A stretch of DNA of 64,000 bases from Candidatus Schneewindia gallinarum (GCA_904420175.1 CAJFUF010000022.1:2974-66973), one strand, 5' to 3'; shown: positions 18,390-28,602, counted from the stretch's first letter. Numbers and translations are program-made. The notes: generated by a model not told the origin, from the sequence alone.

Positions 18390-18424
18390 GCAAGGCCGTC
18401 ATCGTTGACGGCCTTGCTTTTTTT
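18390..18424 (+). terminator. Rho-independent terminator
   Basis: gcaaggccgtc/gacggccttgc 11-bp stem followed by TTTTTTT. Confidence 0.85.
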
Positions 18425-18887
18425 AGATGCCCGGCAGCAGCCTGCCACAGCAAAGTTTCTCCGCGCCGTATTTTCGCTTTGGGGGCGGCAAACGCCCATT
18501 TTCGGCTTAGCCGTTTGGCGAAGGACTCCACATCCGTCCCATCGCCGCCGCGCCGGCAAGACAGAGAAAACATATTCGGCATGAATTACATCAACCGGCT
18601 CTGACCGGGTTATACTTTATGATAGGGTGGTTTCCTGTTCAACTGGAAACCACATTGAAGCATACCGTCAACCCTGCGGCCGTCCGGGCCATGAAGAAGT
18701 TGTCCCGCCCCCTGAATTAAGCGAGGGCCATGCCGGCATACCTTCCCGCTTCCCCAGTGCTGCCGGTATGTGCCGGACGGCGCAGGCAGGAAGGGAGAAG
18801 CCGCGGTTGGCGGCTTCCAGAAAGCGGCGTTTGGCGGCCGTGCAGGGCAAGTCACAAAGGCCCCGGTATTTTTTAGGCGAAAACCAC

Positions 18888-18915
18888 TTGACAAACGCGA
18901 AAAAACCGATATAAT
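18888..18915 (+). promoter_or_regulatory. Consensus promoter of the tRNA-Gln/tRNA-Pro unit
   Basis: TTGACA (18888-18893), 16-nt spacer, TATAAT (18910-18915), 15 nt before tRNA-Gln. Confidence 0.8.
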
Positions 18916-18930
18916 ATTTACTGTTGACGC

Positions 18931-19004
18931 TGTGGATTTGTGTAAAGGTAGCACGACAGACTCTGACTCTGTTTGTCTGGGTTCGAATCCTAGATCCACA
19001 ACCA
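18931..19004 (+). tRNA. tRNA-Gln (anticodon CUG), CCA encoded
   Basis: Hand-folded cloverleaf: acceptor TGTGGAT/ATCCACA (U1-A72), D stem GTGT/GCAC, anticodon stem ACAGA/TCTGT with loop CTCTGAC, T arm CTGGG-TTCGAAT-CCTAG, A-CCA; 74 nt. Confidence 0.9.
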
Positions 19005-19010
19005 GCAACG

Positions 19011-19043
19011 AATAGTACCAAAGCGTACCGCTTTGGTACTATT
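19011..19043. other. Perfect 15-bp hairpin in the tRNA-tRNA spacer
   Basis: aatagtaccaaagcg-tac-cgctttggtactatt, 33-nt palindrome. Confidence 0.9.
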
Positions 19044-19048
19044 TCTAT

Positions 19049-19125
<77 letters not shown>

Positions 19126-19127
19126 CG

Positions 19128-19159
19128 TCGGAACGAGTTACGCTCGTTCCGATTTTTTT
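19128..19159 (+). terminator. Rho-independent terminator of the tRNA unit
   Basis: tcggaacgag/ctcgttccga stem followed by TTTTTTT. Confidence 0.88.
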
Positions 19160-19345
19160 GAAAAAATCAGTCGCCCGCTCCACGGTTCCTCCTTTTCCGC
19201 AAAAAGTCCGCTGCGCCTACGCTGCTCGCTTGTAAACGCGCTCTGGGCGCTCCGGCTTGCTATCAACTTTTTGCGGGTTCGAATCTATTTCAAAACTTTT
19301 CGCAGGCATCTTTTTCGCTATCTATTGACACCAGACTGGGTCTGG

Positions 19346-19483
19346 ACGCAGTTCGCGTTCGGACTCTTTTCTTTTTATCCAGGCAGAGTGCTCGCGCTGA
19401 ATCGGCAGCTAAAGTGTCCACGTCAAAAGCCTCGGCACGCAATTCGCGTGCAGGGCTTTTTTCTTTTTGTCCGGGCAAGGTGC
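19346..19483. repeat. Two degenerate ~46-nt direct repeats, period ~91 nt
   Basis: 19346-19391 acgcagttcgcgttcggactcttttctttttatccaggcagagtgc vs 19437-19483 acgcaattcgcgtgcagggcttttttctttttgtccgggcaaggtgc (roughly three quarters identical by eye). Confidence 0.6.
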
Positions 19484-19597
19484 CCACGCCGGAACAAAGC
19501 TCGCTTTGCTCCGGCTTATTTTTTGCCTGTGGCTGAAAACGGGTTTTGCATATGTCCTTTCGGCCGATTTCTGCATTTCAATACCCAAAAACAGCCC

Positions 19598-19640
19598 GGC
19601 CGAGGCGCGGAAATTTTCCGCACCCCGGCCGTTTTCTTTT
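19598..19640. terminator. Imperfect hairpin, possible bidirectional terminator
   Basis: ggccgaggcgcgg/ccgcaccccggcc (2 mismatches) followed by gttttctttt on plus and preceded by an A-run; lies just past the stop of the minus-strand small ORF. Confidence 0.45.
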
Positions 19641-19651
19641 ACAGGCCGGAA

Positions 19652-19882
19652 TCAGCAGCAGCTGTTTCTTCCGGAAGAAATTTTTGTAATGCAGGCAGCG
19701 GTAAGCTGCGGGGGCATACTCATGGTCATGATGCCGTTAAACCGGATACATACCTCATCCCCCGGGCAGAAGCGGTGCGGATGCGGCGTGTTTACCACCA
19801 CCTCCTGTCCGGTGCAGTGGTCGCATACCAGCAGCGTGTTCTCCCGCACCTCTCTGACGGTTGCGTTCATTGTTTTCGTCAA
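19652..19882 (-). CDS. Small hypothetical protein (76 aa, 6 Cys)
   Basis: 3-prime part of track ORF 19652-20182; GGAGGTG SD (19891-19897) 8 nt before TTG at 19882, ATG at 19870; product (M)TKTMNATVREVRENTLLVCDHCTGQEVVVNTPHPHRFCPGDEVCIRFNGIMTMSMPPQL... Confidence 0.55.
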   Translation of the reverse strand: MTKTMNATVREVRENTLLVCDHCTGQEVVVNTPHPHRFCPGDEVCIRFNGIMTMSMPPQLTAACITKISSGRNSCC

Positions 19883-20014
19883 GTGTTTTTCACCTCCTTC
19901 CCTGTTGGCGCTGTCCCATCCTATGTTCCGGCGGCCGGGCACGTGACGCCGGCGCTGGACTTCCCTTAAGAAAAAAGGTAGAATAGGACACAGCAAAACA
20001 AAGGGGGCCGTACT

Positions 20015-20338
20015 ATGCCAAGTCCTTTTACCCTTCGCGTTTATGACGCCGTCCGCCGCATTCCGCAGGGACGGGTGGCCACCTACGGGCAGATTGCCTT
20101 TCTGGCGGGGAACCCCCGCGGCGCCCGCGGAGTGGGCTTCGCCCTGCACCATAATCCGGAACCGGGCGTGATCCCCTGCCACCGGGTGGTGTTTAAAGAC
20201 GGGCGGCTGCCCAGCGGCTTTGCTTTCGGCGGGCCCGGCGTCCAGCGCGGGATGCTGGAAAAAGAAGGCGTTCAGTTCCTGCCGGACGGGCGCGTGGATA
20301 TGGCCCGCTTTTTATGGGACAGCTTCACCCGTGAATAA
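20015..20338 (+). CDS. MGMT-family protein (methylated-DNA-protein-cysteine methyltransferase DNA-binding domain)
   Basis: 107 aa, RIPQGRVATYGQIA...VIPCHRVV with the PCHR active-site motif. Confidence 0.88.
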   Translation: MPSPFTLRVYDAVRRIPQGRVATYGQIAFLAGNPRGARGVGFALHHNPEPGVIPCHRVVFKDGRLPSGFAFGGPGVQRGMLEKEGVQFLPDGRVDMARFLWDSFTRE

Positions 20339-20369
20339 GCCCGGGCAGAATATGGGGTGGTAAATCGTT

Positions 20370-20855
20370 ATGGAAATAAGAGAGGTGGAGGAGCGTTCCC
20401 CGCTGCTGATAGGGCGCCTGCTGGCCGTATGGGAAAGCTCTGTAAAAGCGACCCACCTGTTTTTGTCTTCTGAAGAGATTTTAAAAATCAAACAGGTTGT
20501 CCCGCAGGCGCTGTACGACGTCGGCCATCTGGTGGTGGCGGAGGAAGAAGGGCGGCCTGCCGGGCTGATGGGTGTCACGGGGCAGCAGCTGGAACTGTTG
20601 TTTCTTGCACCTGAGCAGCGCGGAAAAGGGCTGGGAAGGCGCCTGCTTACCTATGGGATGGAACACTTTGGCGTCAACCGGCTGACAGTGAACGAGCAAA
20701 ACCCGCTTGCCCGGGGCTCTTACGAGCACATGGGATTTCGTGTCTGCCGAAGAACGGAAACGGACGAACAGGGCGGCCCATACCCCATTTTATACATGGA
20801 ACTGGAAGAAAATTCCGACGGTGGAAAAGGCGTTCCTTCCCGCGGGAACCAATGA
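20370..20855 (+). CDS. GNAT family N-acetyltransferase
   Basis: 161 aa, ELLFLAPEQRGKGLGRRLL acetyl-CoA binding motif (Q/RxxGxG/A). Confidence 0.88.
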   Translation: MEIREVEERSPLLIGRLLAVWESSVKATHLFLSSEEILKIKQVVPQALYDVGHLVVAEEEGRPAGLMGVTGQQLELLFLAPEQRGKGLGRRLLTYGMEHFGVNRLTVNEQNPLARGSYEHMGFRVCRRTETDEQGGPYPILYMELEENSDGGKGVPSRGNQ

Positions 20856-20858
20856 AAA

Positions 20859-20897
20859 GAGGACGGAAGAATTACACTTCCGTCCTCCTTCTTTTTC
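20859..20897. terminator. Bidirectional hairpin terminator between GNAT and holin
   Basis: gaggacggaag/cttccgtcctc stem, cttcttttt downstream on plus, ttttc on minus. Confidence 0.75.
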
Positions 20898-20924
20898 GCT
20901 GCGTGGCGGGCAGGGCCCGCAGCG

Positions 20925-21365
20925 CTACTTTTCCTTTGTTCCACTCTTATCCCGCAGGACCTCAAAGGCGTTTTTAACCGCCTGCGGGATGGGCAGTCCC
21001 ATCAGCCCCAGATTTTCCAGCACGCTTAGCCCATCATTCGCCGTAAAAAACAGAATGGTGGAGGTGCGGATGAAATCCGTGCCGGACAGGGCGTCCAGCT
21101 GGTAGGCCACCAGCACCGCCAGCAGAATACCCGCTTTACGGAAAAGCCCCTTGATGCTGGCTTTACTTTCGTATGCGCCGTCTGTGGTCTTGGGACTTTT
21201 CTTCCACACCAGCGCGCAGACAACCCCGGTCAGGTAGTCTGCTGCCATCATGATGCACAGCGTCTGCAAAGCGGCGTCCCACCCTCCTAACAGATTTGCG
21301 ACGACGCTTCCCGCCGCGGACAGGGCTGCAAGCGTTCCGTAATAGGCCGCCTTTACATGGTTCAC
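20925..21365 (-). CDS. Phage holin (holin_4_1 / toxin-secretion-lysis holin type)
   Basis: 146 aa from GTG; multiple TM segments, MMAADYLTGVV...KGLFRKAGILL...TANDGLSVLENLGLMGLPIP pattern; directly after endolysin. Confidence 0.85.
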   Translation of the reverse strand: MNHVKAAYYGTLAALSAAGSVVANLLGGWDAALQTLCIMMAADYLTGVVCALVWKKSPKTTDGAYESKASIKGLFRKAGILLAVLVAYQLDALSGTDFIRTSTILFFTANDGLSVLENLGLMGLPIPQAVKNAFEVLRDKSGTKEK

Positions 21366-21367
21366 AT

Positions 21368-22177
21368 CTAGGCGCCCCCTTCCGGCAGGCGCAGGGTCTG
21401 TCCGGGGAAAATAAGGTCCGGATTTTTAAGCCCGTTCAGCGCCGCCAGCACCTCCACTGTGGTCCCGTGGCTGATGGCAATCCCCCACAGGGTGTCGCCC
21501 TTTTTGACACTGTAAAGCACCTCCGGCTGCGCAGAGGGGCTTTGCGCCTGTTCCTGCTTGTTCCAGCCGTTCAGGCCGTTGTGGGCCATGATGGCCGGAT
21601 AATTTTTGTATGCGGTGTCAAGATCCACCGCACCTGCAATGCCGGGCACGCTGCCGGAACTGGTGTACTGCCAGATTCCATGTGCATAACCGGTGGGGCG
21701 GCTGGTCCGCCATGCCGCCAGCCACACGTCCCACTGTTTCAGCCGGGCGGCCTCCAAACGGTTTTGCAGCCAGTCCGGGTTGGTGTATAGCATGGCAAAG
21801 TAGCCGTGCTGCTCAATCCTTGCAAGGGCTGCCGCCGCAATGTCTGTCAGCTGGGCGGCCGTCTTTCCGGTGTAGCGGTTTCCCTCGTCCTCCATATCAA
21901 ACGCCACCGGATAGCCCAGCTGCTCGCCGCCAAGCTGGGAAAACAGCCAGTCGATTTCCTGCTCCGCCTCTGCCGGGGTGGTGGCAGTGGTAAAGTGGTA
22001 GATACCCACCTCCAGCCCGGCCGCCTTGGCCCCAGACAGATTGTCCTTAAACTTTGCGTCCAGCCCCTTGCCGTAGCTCGCCCGCAGCATGGCAAACTGC
22101 ACGCCGGACGCCTTTACCTTGTTCCAGTCAATTCCGCCCTGCCAGCGGCTGACGTCAATTCCCCGATAGGTCGCCAT
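21368..22177 (-). CDS. Endolysin: GH25 muramidase with C-terminal LysM
   Basis: Track ORF trimmed to ATG 22177 (AGGAGG SD): MATYRGIDVSRWQGGIDWNKVKASGVQFAMLRASYG; C-terminal YSVKKGDTLWGIAISHGTTVEVLAALNGL..IFPGQTLRLP LysM. Confidence 0.93.
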   Translation of the reverse strand: MATYRGIDVSRWQGGIDWNKVKASGVQFAMLRASYGKGLDAKFKDNLSGAKAAGLEVGIYHFTTATTPAEAEQEIDWLFSQLGGEQLGYPVAFDMEDEGNRYTGKTAAQLTDIAAAALARIEQHGYFAMLYTNPDWLQNRLEAARLKQWDVWLAAWRTSRPTGYAHGIWQYTSSGSVPGIAGAVDLDTAYKNYPAIMAHNGLNGWNKQEQAQSPSAQPEVLYSVKKGDTLWGIAISHGTTVEVLAALNGLKNPDLIFPGQTLRLPEGGA

Positions 22178-22191
22178 TGATTCCCCTCCTT

Positions 22192-23711
<1,520 letters not shown>

Positions 23712-23712
<1 letters not shown>

Positions 23713-24419
23713 CACAGAAATTCCCTTCCGGTCACCCGGTACATGTAGTCCTTCCACTCCTGCAGGTCCTCCTTGCGCTTGCCCTTCTTTGCGCCGAGGG
23801 TCTTCCAGTCGTCAATGACATTCCACAGCTCGGTGCGTTCCGCCTTTGTCAGCTTGCCGTCGTTGTACAGCTGGTTGATATAGCTCTCTGCCGAGGCCTT
23901 GGACCCTCCGGAAGCCTTGTTGCGTCGGATGAGATCCAGCGCCTTGTCGTAGGCGTAGCTTTTTTCCGACGGGTCCTGGCGGTACTTCGGATTGGCCACC
24001 GCCGTCTGGCTGCTGCCGTTTGTGTACACGGTGGTGCGGCCGCTGCCGCTGCTTTTCCCACGGCTGCTGTACAGCGCCTTCAGCCGGGCCGTTTCCGCCT
24101 CCAGCTGCTTGTAGTAGGCGTCCTCCTCCGCCTCCCGCAGGCTGAGCAGGGTTTTTAAAAGGGTGTTGCGCTGGTTGTAGTTCTCATTAAACACATCCAG
24201 CGCCGCCTGCCGGTAGGTCTGCTGTGCCTGCGCCGCTTTGGCGGCGTAGTTGTCGCCCACCGCCTTCACCGCCCCCACCGCATAGGAGGAGGGCAGTCCT
24301 CCCGTGCGCTTGGCCAGCAACCCCAACGTGTTCTTCTTCTCCGTATCGCTCTGTGCAGCAAGCTGTGCCGCATAGGCCTGATAGGCCGTGTCCGTCTGCG
24401 GGTCGTAGGAGAATTTCAT
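23712..24419 (-). CDS. Phage hypothetical protein, Ala/Gln/Leu-rich, probable coiled coil (needle/internal protein candidate)
   Basis: 235 aa, ...[55 protein letters not shown]...; position between hub-sized protein and fibre. Confidence 0.7.
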
Positions 24420-24496
24420 CTGCTGCAGCTCACCTATCAGCTTGTCAATTTCACTTTGATACTTACTTGTAAAAGCCGTCTAACTCCCCTCCGTTC

Positions 24497-24658
24497 TTAT
24501 CCGTCTGCCTGCGTGCGGATTTCCAGCTGCCGCAGGATGTAGGTCAAATCCCGTTTCAAGGCGTCCAGCTCCTCCTCCAGCTGCCGCACCCGGACGGCCA
24601 GGTTCTCCTCGCCAGGTGTACGAGAGCTGGGAGTGAAGCGGACAATGGTGCTAGCCAA
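24497..24658 (-). CDS. Possible small coiled-coil protein (53 aa)
   Basis: TTG at 24658 overlaps the stop of the upstream gene; ...ENLAVRVRQLEEELDALKRDLTYILRQLEIRTQADG; no clear SD. Confidence 0.35.
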   Translation of the reverse strand: MASTIVRFTPSSRTPGEENLAVRVRQLEEELDALKRDLTYILRQLEIRTQADG

Positions 24659-26135
24659 TCTGCTCCGCCTCCTTTGCAAGGTCCATAAACAGCACATCTC
24701 CGGCTCCCGACACCGCAAGCCGCAGCCTGCTGCAGGGCGGCAGGCGCAGCGGCAGCTCCACCGTGCCGCTGCGAAGTATCGGGGCCGAATACAAAGTGCG
24801 CCATGGTCCGCCGTCCAGCGCAGCATGCACCGACAGGTGTGCTGTGCCCGTCACAGACAGGCGCAGCAGCACCCGGCGCAAAACATGCCTGAGCACAAAG
24901 GGGCTTTCATACAACAGCAGATCCCCCGTCTCAAGCCGGAAGGGGACAGCCCCCTCCCCCGCAAGCGCCTGAAGTGCAGGGGCGTCCATCCCCCCGCACA
25001 GGCTTACCAGCACCCCGCCCGCTGCCGCGGCAGGCCTTCCCCGGTAGGAAAACAGGCGCAGCATGCCGTCCGTCTGCTCTCGGTAGTACAGGCTGTTTTT
25101 GGGCCGGTAGGTGTACAGCCTGTCACCCTGCGCCTGCCTGCACAGCAGGTATAACATCTCCTCACCGGGGCACAGGCAGGCGTCCTGCGCACCGAGGTTT
25201 CCTAGCGCCCCGCTGACTGCGCCGGGTGTGCCGCCGGAAAAAGCGTACAGGCTTGTCCCGTCCGTGAAGTACAGCACCCCGTCCAGCTCGCACAGCCCAT
25301 CCGGGCCGATGCAGCCCACATTGTGGATTTTCTGCGCGGTGTAGTTGCTTGGAACCGTGCCGTAAATCTGGTACATCTCATGCCCGGTGAAAAAATACAC
25401 CGACCCCTTGTAGGCGCAGATGGCCGTAAAGTCGCTGTCTGTCACCACCGGGAAGTAAAACGCCCCCGCGTCTGTGCCGTCCGGGGTGAACACGGTGGGC
25501 TGGCCCAGTGCGGAAACAAACATCATGGGCACGCTGGCCCCCTGCTTGTCCCACTGCCTGCCGAAGCAGTACAGGTTGTTGTCAAAGGCACAGCCCCCGT
25601 ACAGCACCACGTTGTCCAGTGTGGTGGCCGTGGGGGTGGGCGCATCCTCCCCATGGCCGTCCGCCACCGGCGCGCTGTACAGCACGCTTTTGGTGGGCCC
25701 CATCTCCAGGTCCTTGTCCGGGACGCTTGGGAACACCAGCGCCTGCCCCGCCATACCGGTCACCCGGGCGTATTGTTTAAAAAAGGTACTCAGCCCCTCC
25801 CCCGACAGGGAAATGCTTCCACCTGCGCTGCGGGCGGTGTCCGTGTGCACCTGCCAGAGGAAGCCTGCGTCCGTCTGCTCCAGCTGGAACTGGCCGCGTT
25901 CACTGCCGCACAGCACATCCCCGGCCGTGATCCAGCTTTCCGCCGGGCCCGTCTTGCCGTAGAAGTCAAAACGGGCCCGCGGCGCGCGCACCCGGACGTA
26001 GGGCGCCTCGCCGGCGGACAGGTTGTATCCGTCGGCCAGCTGGCCCTCCGCCCGGTTCTCCGGCAGATACAGGCCGAGAAAGCCCTTCAGCTTTGTCTGC
26101 TTTTTCTTTGTGTCGCGCAGTCCGGTCGGCAGCAT
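24651..26135 (-). CDS. Phage hypothetical protein, 494 aa (tail hub / stabilisation-protein candidate)
   Basis: AGGAGG SD; repeated aromatic strand-like segments (GSVYFFTGHEMYQIYG, GVLYFTDGTSLYAFSGG, DRLYTYRPKNSLYY); no motif I can name. Confidence 0.7.
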   Translation of the reverse strand: MLPTGLRDTKKKQTKLKGFLGLYLPENRAEGQLADGYNLSAGEAPYVRVRAPRARFDFYGKTGPAESWITAGDVLCGSERGQFQLEQTDAGFLWQVHTDTARSAGGSISLSGEGLSTFFKQYARVTGMAGQALVFPSVPDKDLEMGPTKSVLYSAPVADGHGEDAPTPTATTLDNVVLYGGCAFDNNLYCFGRQWDKQGASVPMMFVSALGQPTVFTPDGTDAGAFYFPVVTDSDFTAICAYKGSVYFFTGHEMYQIYGTVPSNYTAQKIHNVGCIGPDGLCELDGVLYFTDGTSLYAFSGGTPGAVSGALGNLGAQDACLCPGEEMLYLLCRQAQGDRLYTYRPKNSLYYREQTDGMLRLFSYRGRPAAAAGGVLVSLCGGMDAPALQALAGEGAVPFRLETGDLLLYESPFVLRHVLRRVLLRLSVTGTAHLSVHAALDGGPWRTLYSAPILRSGTVELPLRLPPCSRLRLAVSGAGDVLFMDLAKEAEQIG

Positions 26136-26149
26136 GCCGTCCCCTCCTT

Positions 26150-26509
26150 TCAGTACAGGTTTTGAAAGCGCACGGGGCTGTCCGTCCGCCTTGTGTCAAA
26201 CAGCTCCCTGCGGTACTCGCCAAGGCGGCTGTTGTACAGCGCCGCAAAATTGGCGTAGGCGGCAATGTTTCCGCCGTACAGCTCCGTCTCTGCGGACAGG
26301 TACGCGGTGTAGATGTCCGTCCACCGCCCGCTTAGCAGCAGCTGCCTTTCCTCCATGTCCTCCTCCGTAAAGGGAAGGAATTCCCCGGCAGACGGGGTCA
26401 CGGCATACAGTTCGCCCTCCGCCCCGTTTAAAAAGCACAGCAGCTCCCCCATGGAGAAACTGCACGGCTTGATGGCCGTAAAAGCTTTCAGCTGTTCCGC
26501 TGCCGTCAT
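26150..26509 (-). CDS. Phage hypothetical protein, 119 aa (head-tail adaptor-sized)
   Basis: Intact ORF 12 nt after upstream stop, G-rich SD; no recognisable motif. Confidence 0.65.
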   Translation of the reverse strand: MTAAEQLKAFTAIKPCSFSMGELLCFLNGAEGELYAVTPSAGEFLPFTEEDMEERQLLLSGRWTDIYTAYLSAETELYGGNIAAYANFAALYNSRLGEYRRELFDTRRTDSPVRFQNLY

Positions 26510-26521
26510 GGCCGCACCCCC

Positions 26522-26752
26522 TTAGGAGCGCTGCAGCGACCGCTGCAGCAATGCTGCCCTGCGCTTCTGCGCCGCAGCGTCCTGCAGGGCCAGCACAACA
26601 TACCGCGGCAGGCTGACCCGCGCGCCCCGCTCAATTAAGAAGGTGCGCCCGTCCACACAGCAGAACAGGTGGCTGTCCTCCCCGTCCACCAGCGGCGCAG
26701 TAAAGGGGACCCGTTCTGTCAGCCACCGCCTGTCGTTTCTCATCCGTGCCAT
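26522..26752 (-). CDS. Phage hypothetical protein, 76 aa
   Basis: ATG 2 nt after capsid stop; basic small protein. Confidence 0.6.
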   Translation of the reverse strand: MARMRNDRRWLTERVPFTAPLVDGEDSHLFCCVDGRTFLIERGARVSLPRYVVLALQDAAAQKRRAALLQRSLQRS

Positions 26753-26754
26753 GC

Positions 26755-27957
26755 CTACGCCTCCTCATCCATGGAGGAGCGGCTCTCCACACGTACCATA
26801 AAGGCGTCCGTTAAAATAACTGCGGCCTTCGCGGCTTTCCAGCCCACGGTGCTGCGCTGGTTTAACGGGTCGGCCGTACCGCCGCTGCCCCGCTGCTTCA
26901 CAATGCTTTCCAGTCCGCCGCCGGACAGTTCCACATCACCGTAGGCGTTCTGTCCCAGAAACAGCGTGCTGTACACAAGGCCGCCGTCCGACGCGCCGCT
27001 GCCCTCATACAGTACCGCATCCTTCGGCGCGTCCGCAGTCGGGATGGGGTCATCCGTGTCGGACACCGTCAGCGTGCTGCTCTGTCCGCTGGTGGCGGAG
27101 GCGATGGTATACCGCTTGCCCGCAAGGTAAAAGGTCTTTCCGGCCAGCTCCGCCGCCTCCTGCTCGGTCAGCTGCTCCTTTAAGGTCAGGGTGCGGCCGG
27201 GGGCGGACAGGGCGGTGCCGACGCTCAGGGTGCGGTGCTCCCCGCACAGGGGATCCGCCCCGAACATCTTGGCCTCGGTGCTTTCCACAAAACGTACGCC
27301 GTACAGCCTGCCCAACTCCCCCTCGTACAGGTCCTTGGGGTCGTATTTCTTCACATCCTCCCACAGGGTGTTGCTCATCAGATCGTGGGCCACATTGGGA
27401 TGGATAATCGCCACATAGCTGCCGGAAATTTTGGAGGCAAGACCGTTTTTCAGGGTGGTGACCGCCTTTTTCACATCCTGCTCCGTCAGGATGTCCTCCG
27501 CCGTCAGCGTCCCGCGGGACAGCTTTCCGCCTGCATACTGTACGTTGGTCCCGCTGTTCAGCACCTCCCTTGTGATGGTGTCAAGGGTTCGGCCCGCCTG
27601 GTCGCCCAGAATGTCCTGCGCCTCCACAATGTTGCGGTCCAGCGCAGTCAGCTCCAGCATGTCGGAGATGGCCACATAGTCGCCGTACTGGCTGAGTGTG
27701 GCACTGACAGTGGTGACATTCAGCTTCTTGCCGTCCGGGGTGACGCCCTCCGTCAGCGGGGTTAAGGCCTTGGGCAGGTTGTCATACCTGCGAAACTCCA
27801 CCGTACGGCCGGAGTTCTTGGGCACCACCCGCTTCTGTCCGAACTGGGCGTGCACCAGATTGGGCTTTGCATTTTCAATCAGATTTCTGTCGTAATAGGC
27901 CCTCATCTCTGCGGACATGCCGCTGTCGCCGGTCACGTTGGTATTCAGATTGCTCAT
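26755..27957 (-). CDS. Major capsid protein, N4-gp56 family type
   Basis: 400 aa, MSNLNTNVTGDSGMSAEMRAYYDRNLIENAKPNLVHAQFGQKR...TVEFRRYDNLPKALTPLTEGVTPDGKKL matches my memory of the N4-gp56 capsid family N-terminus. Confidence 0.88.
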   Translation of the reverse strand: MSNLNTNVTGDSGMSAEMRAYYDRNLIENAKPNLVHAQFGQKRVVPKNSGRTVEFRRYDNLPKALTPLTEGVTPDGKKLNVTTVSATLSQYGDYVAISDMLELTALDRNIVEAQDILGDQAGRTLDTITREVLNSGTNVQYAGGKLSRGTLTAEDILTEQDVKKAVTTLKNGLASKISGSYVAIIHPNVAHDLMSNTLWEDVKKYDPKDLYEGELGRLYGVRFVESTEAKMFGADPLCGEHRTLSVGTALSAPGRTLTLKEQLTEQEAAELAGKTFYLAGKRYTIASATSGQSSTLTVSDTDDPIPTADAPKDAVLYEGSGASDGGLVYSTLFLGQNAYGDVELSGGGLESIVKQRGSGGTADPLNQRSTVGWKAAKAAVILTDAFMVRVESRSSMDEEA

Positions 27958-28031
27958 TGTGTTCCTCCTTGTCGTATTTTCTTTTGTTTTCTATACTATA
28001 AGTATATTTTGTCGAGGCATTTCACCGCTGC

Positions 28032-28577
28032 TCACAGGGTGATGTGCTCTCCCCGCAGGACCCGCCGCCGGATGTCCCGCAGCTCCTCTCTGGTCAGGCC
28101 CTCGATGTCGAGGGCGGCGCCCCCGGCGCCGGACGGGCGGGCGGCGCCCTCTGCCGGGCGCAGGCCTCTGGCCTCAATATCGCGCACCACATCCGCGCGG
28201 GCCTGCTGAAGCAGGCGCTCCTGTACCCGGCCGGGGTAAAGCACGCCGTAGGCCTCCTCAATGCTTAAGCCCGCGCCCAGCAGCTGTAAAAACCGGGGCT
28301 CGGAAAGCATGTGGTCTGCGTCAAGGTCCCTGTACAGCTCCGCGTCCCGTGCCTTCAGCCGCGTAAGCTCCGGCTCCACCGCCCGGCGAAACGCCTGCTC
28401 CGTGCCGACTTCCGTCTCCGGCTGTGCGGGGGCGCTGTCCTGCGCGGGGCCCGGTTCCGGCGCCTGCTTCCCAGCGGGCGGCTCAGGCGTCCTTACGCTG
28501 TCCTCCGGCAGCTGCGAAGCCGGTGCCGCTGCTTCCGGTTCCTGCATGCCGGCGGTTTCCACTACCTGTTCCTCCAC
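28032..28577 (-). CDS. Scaffolding protein candidate
   Basis: 181 aa from GTG 28577 (GGAGG SD 8 nt upstream); acidic/Pro-rich N-half, helical charged C-half; sits between portal and capsid. Confidence 0.65.
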   Translation of the reverse strand: MEEQVVETAGMQEPEAAAPASQLPEDSVRTPEPPAGKQAPEPGPAQDSAPAQPETEVGTEQAFRRAVEPELTRLKARDAELYRDLDADHMLSEPRFLQLLGAGLSIEEAYGVLYPGRVQERLLQQARADVVRDIEARGLRPAEGAARPSGAGGAALDIEGLTREELRDIRRRVLRGEHITL

Positions 28578-28602
28578 TGTCCATTCCTCCTTTCCTTTTG
28601 TT

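Noticed and set aside
18425-18887. Tried to read this non-coding stretch as tmRNA, SRP RNA, a cobalamin riboswitch or a T-box leader.
   Set aside because: - **tmRNA:** no TTCGAC-type tRNA-like ends, and no tag ORF ending in a stop.
- **SRP RNA:** the GGAA-containing segment (caggcaggaagggagaagcc) does not match the GGUCC-GGAA-GGAAGCAGC core.
- **Cobalamin riboswitch:** the minus strand has CACTGGGGAAGCGGGAAGG but lacks the upstream AGGGAA..GGTG..CC elements.
- **T-box:** AGGGTGGTTTCCTG only partly resembles the T-box, and no synthetase gene follows.

Kept only as an unassigned finding.
19273-19290. Possible third tRNA gene or pseudo-tRNA (gcgggttcgaatc).
   Set aside because: Only the T-loop and half a stem are present. 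There is no complementary T-stem 3-prime strand, acceptor stem or anticodon arm within 80 nt upstream. It is treated as a fragment only.
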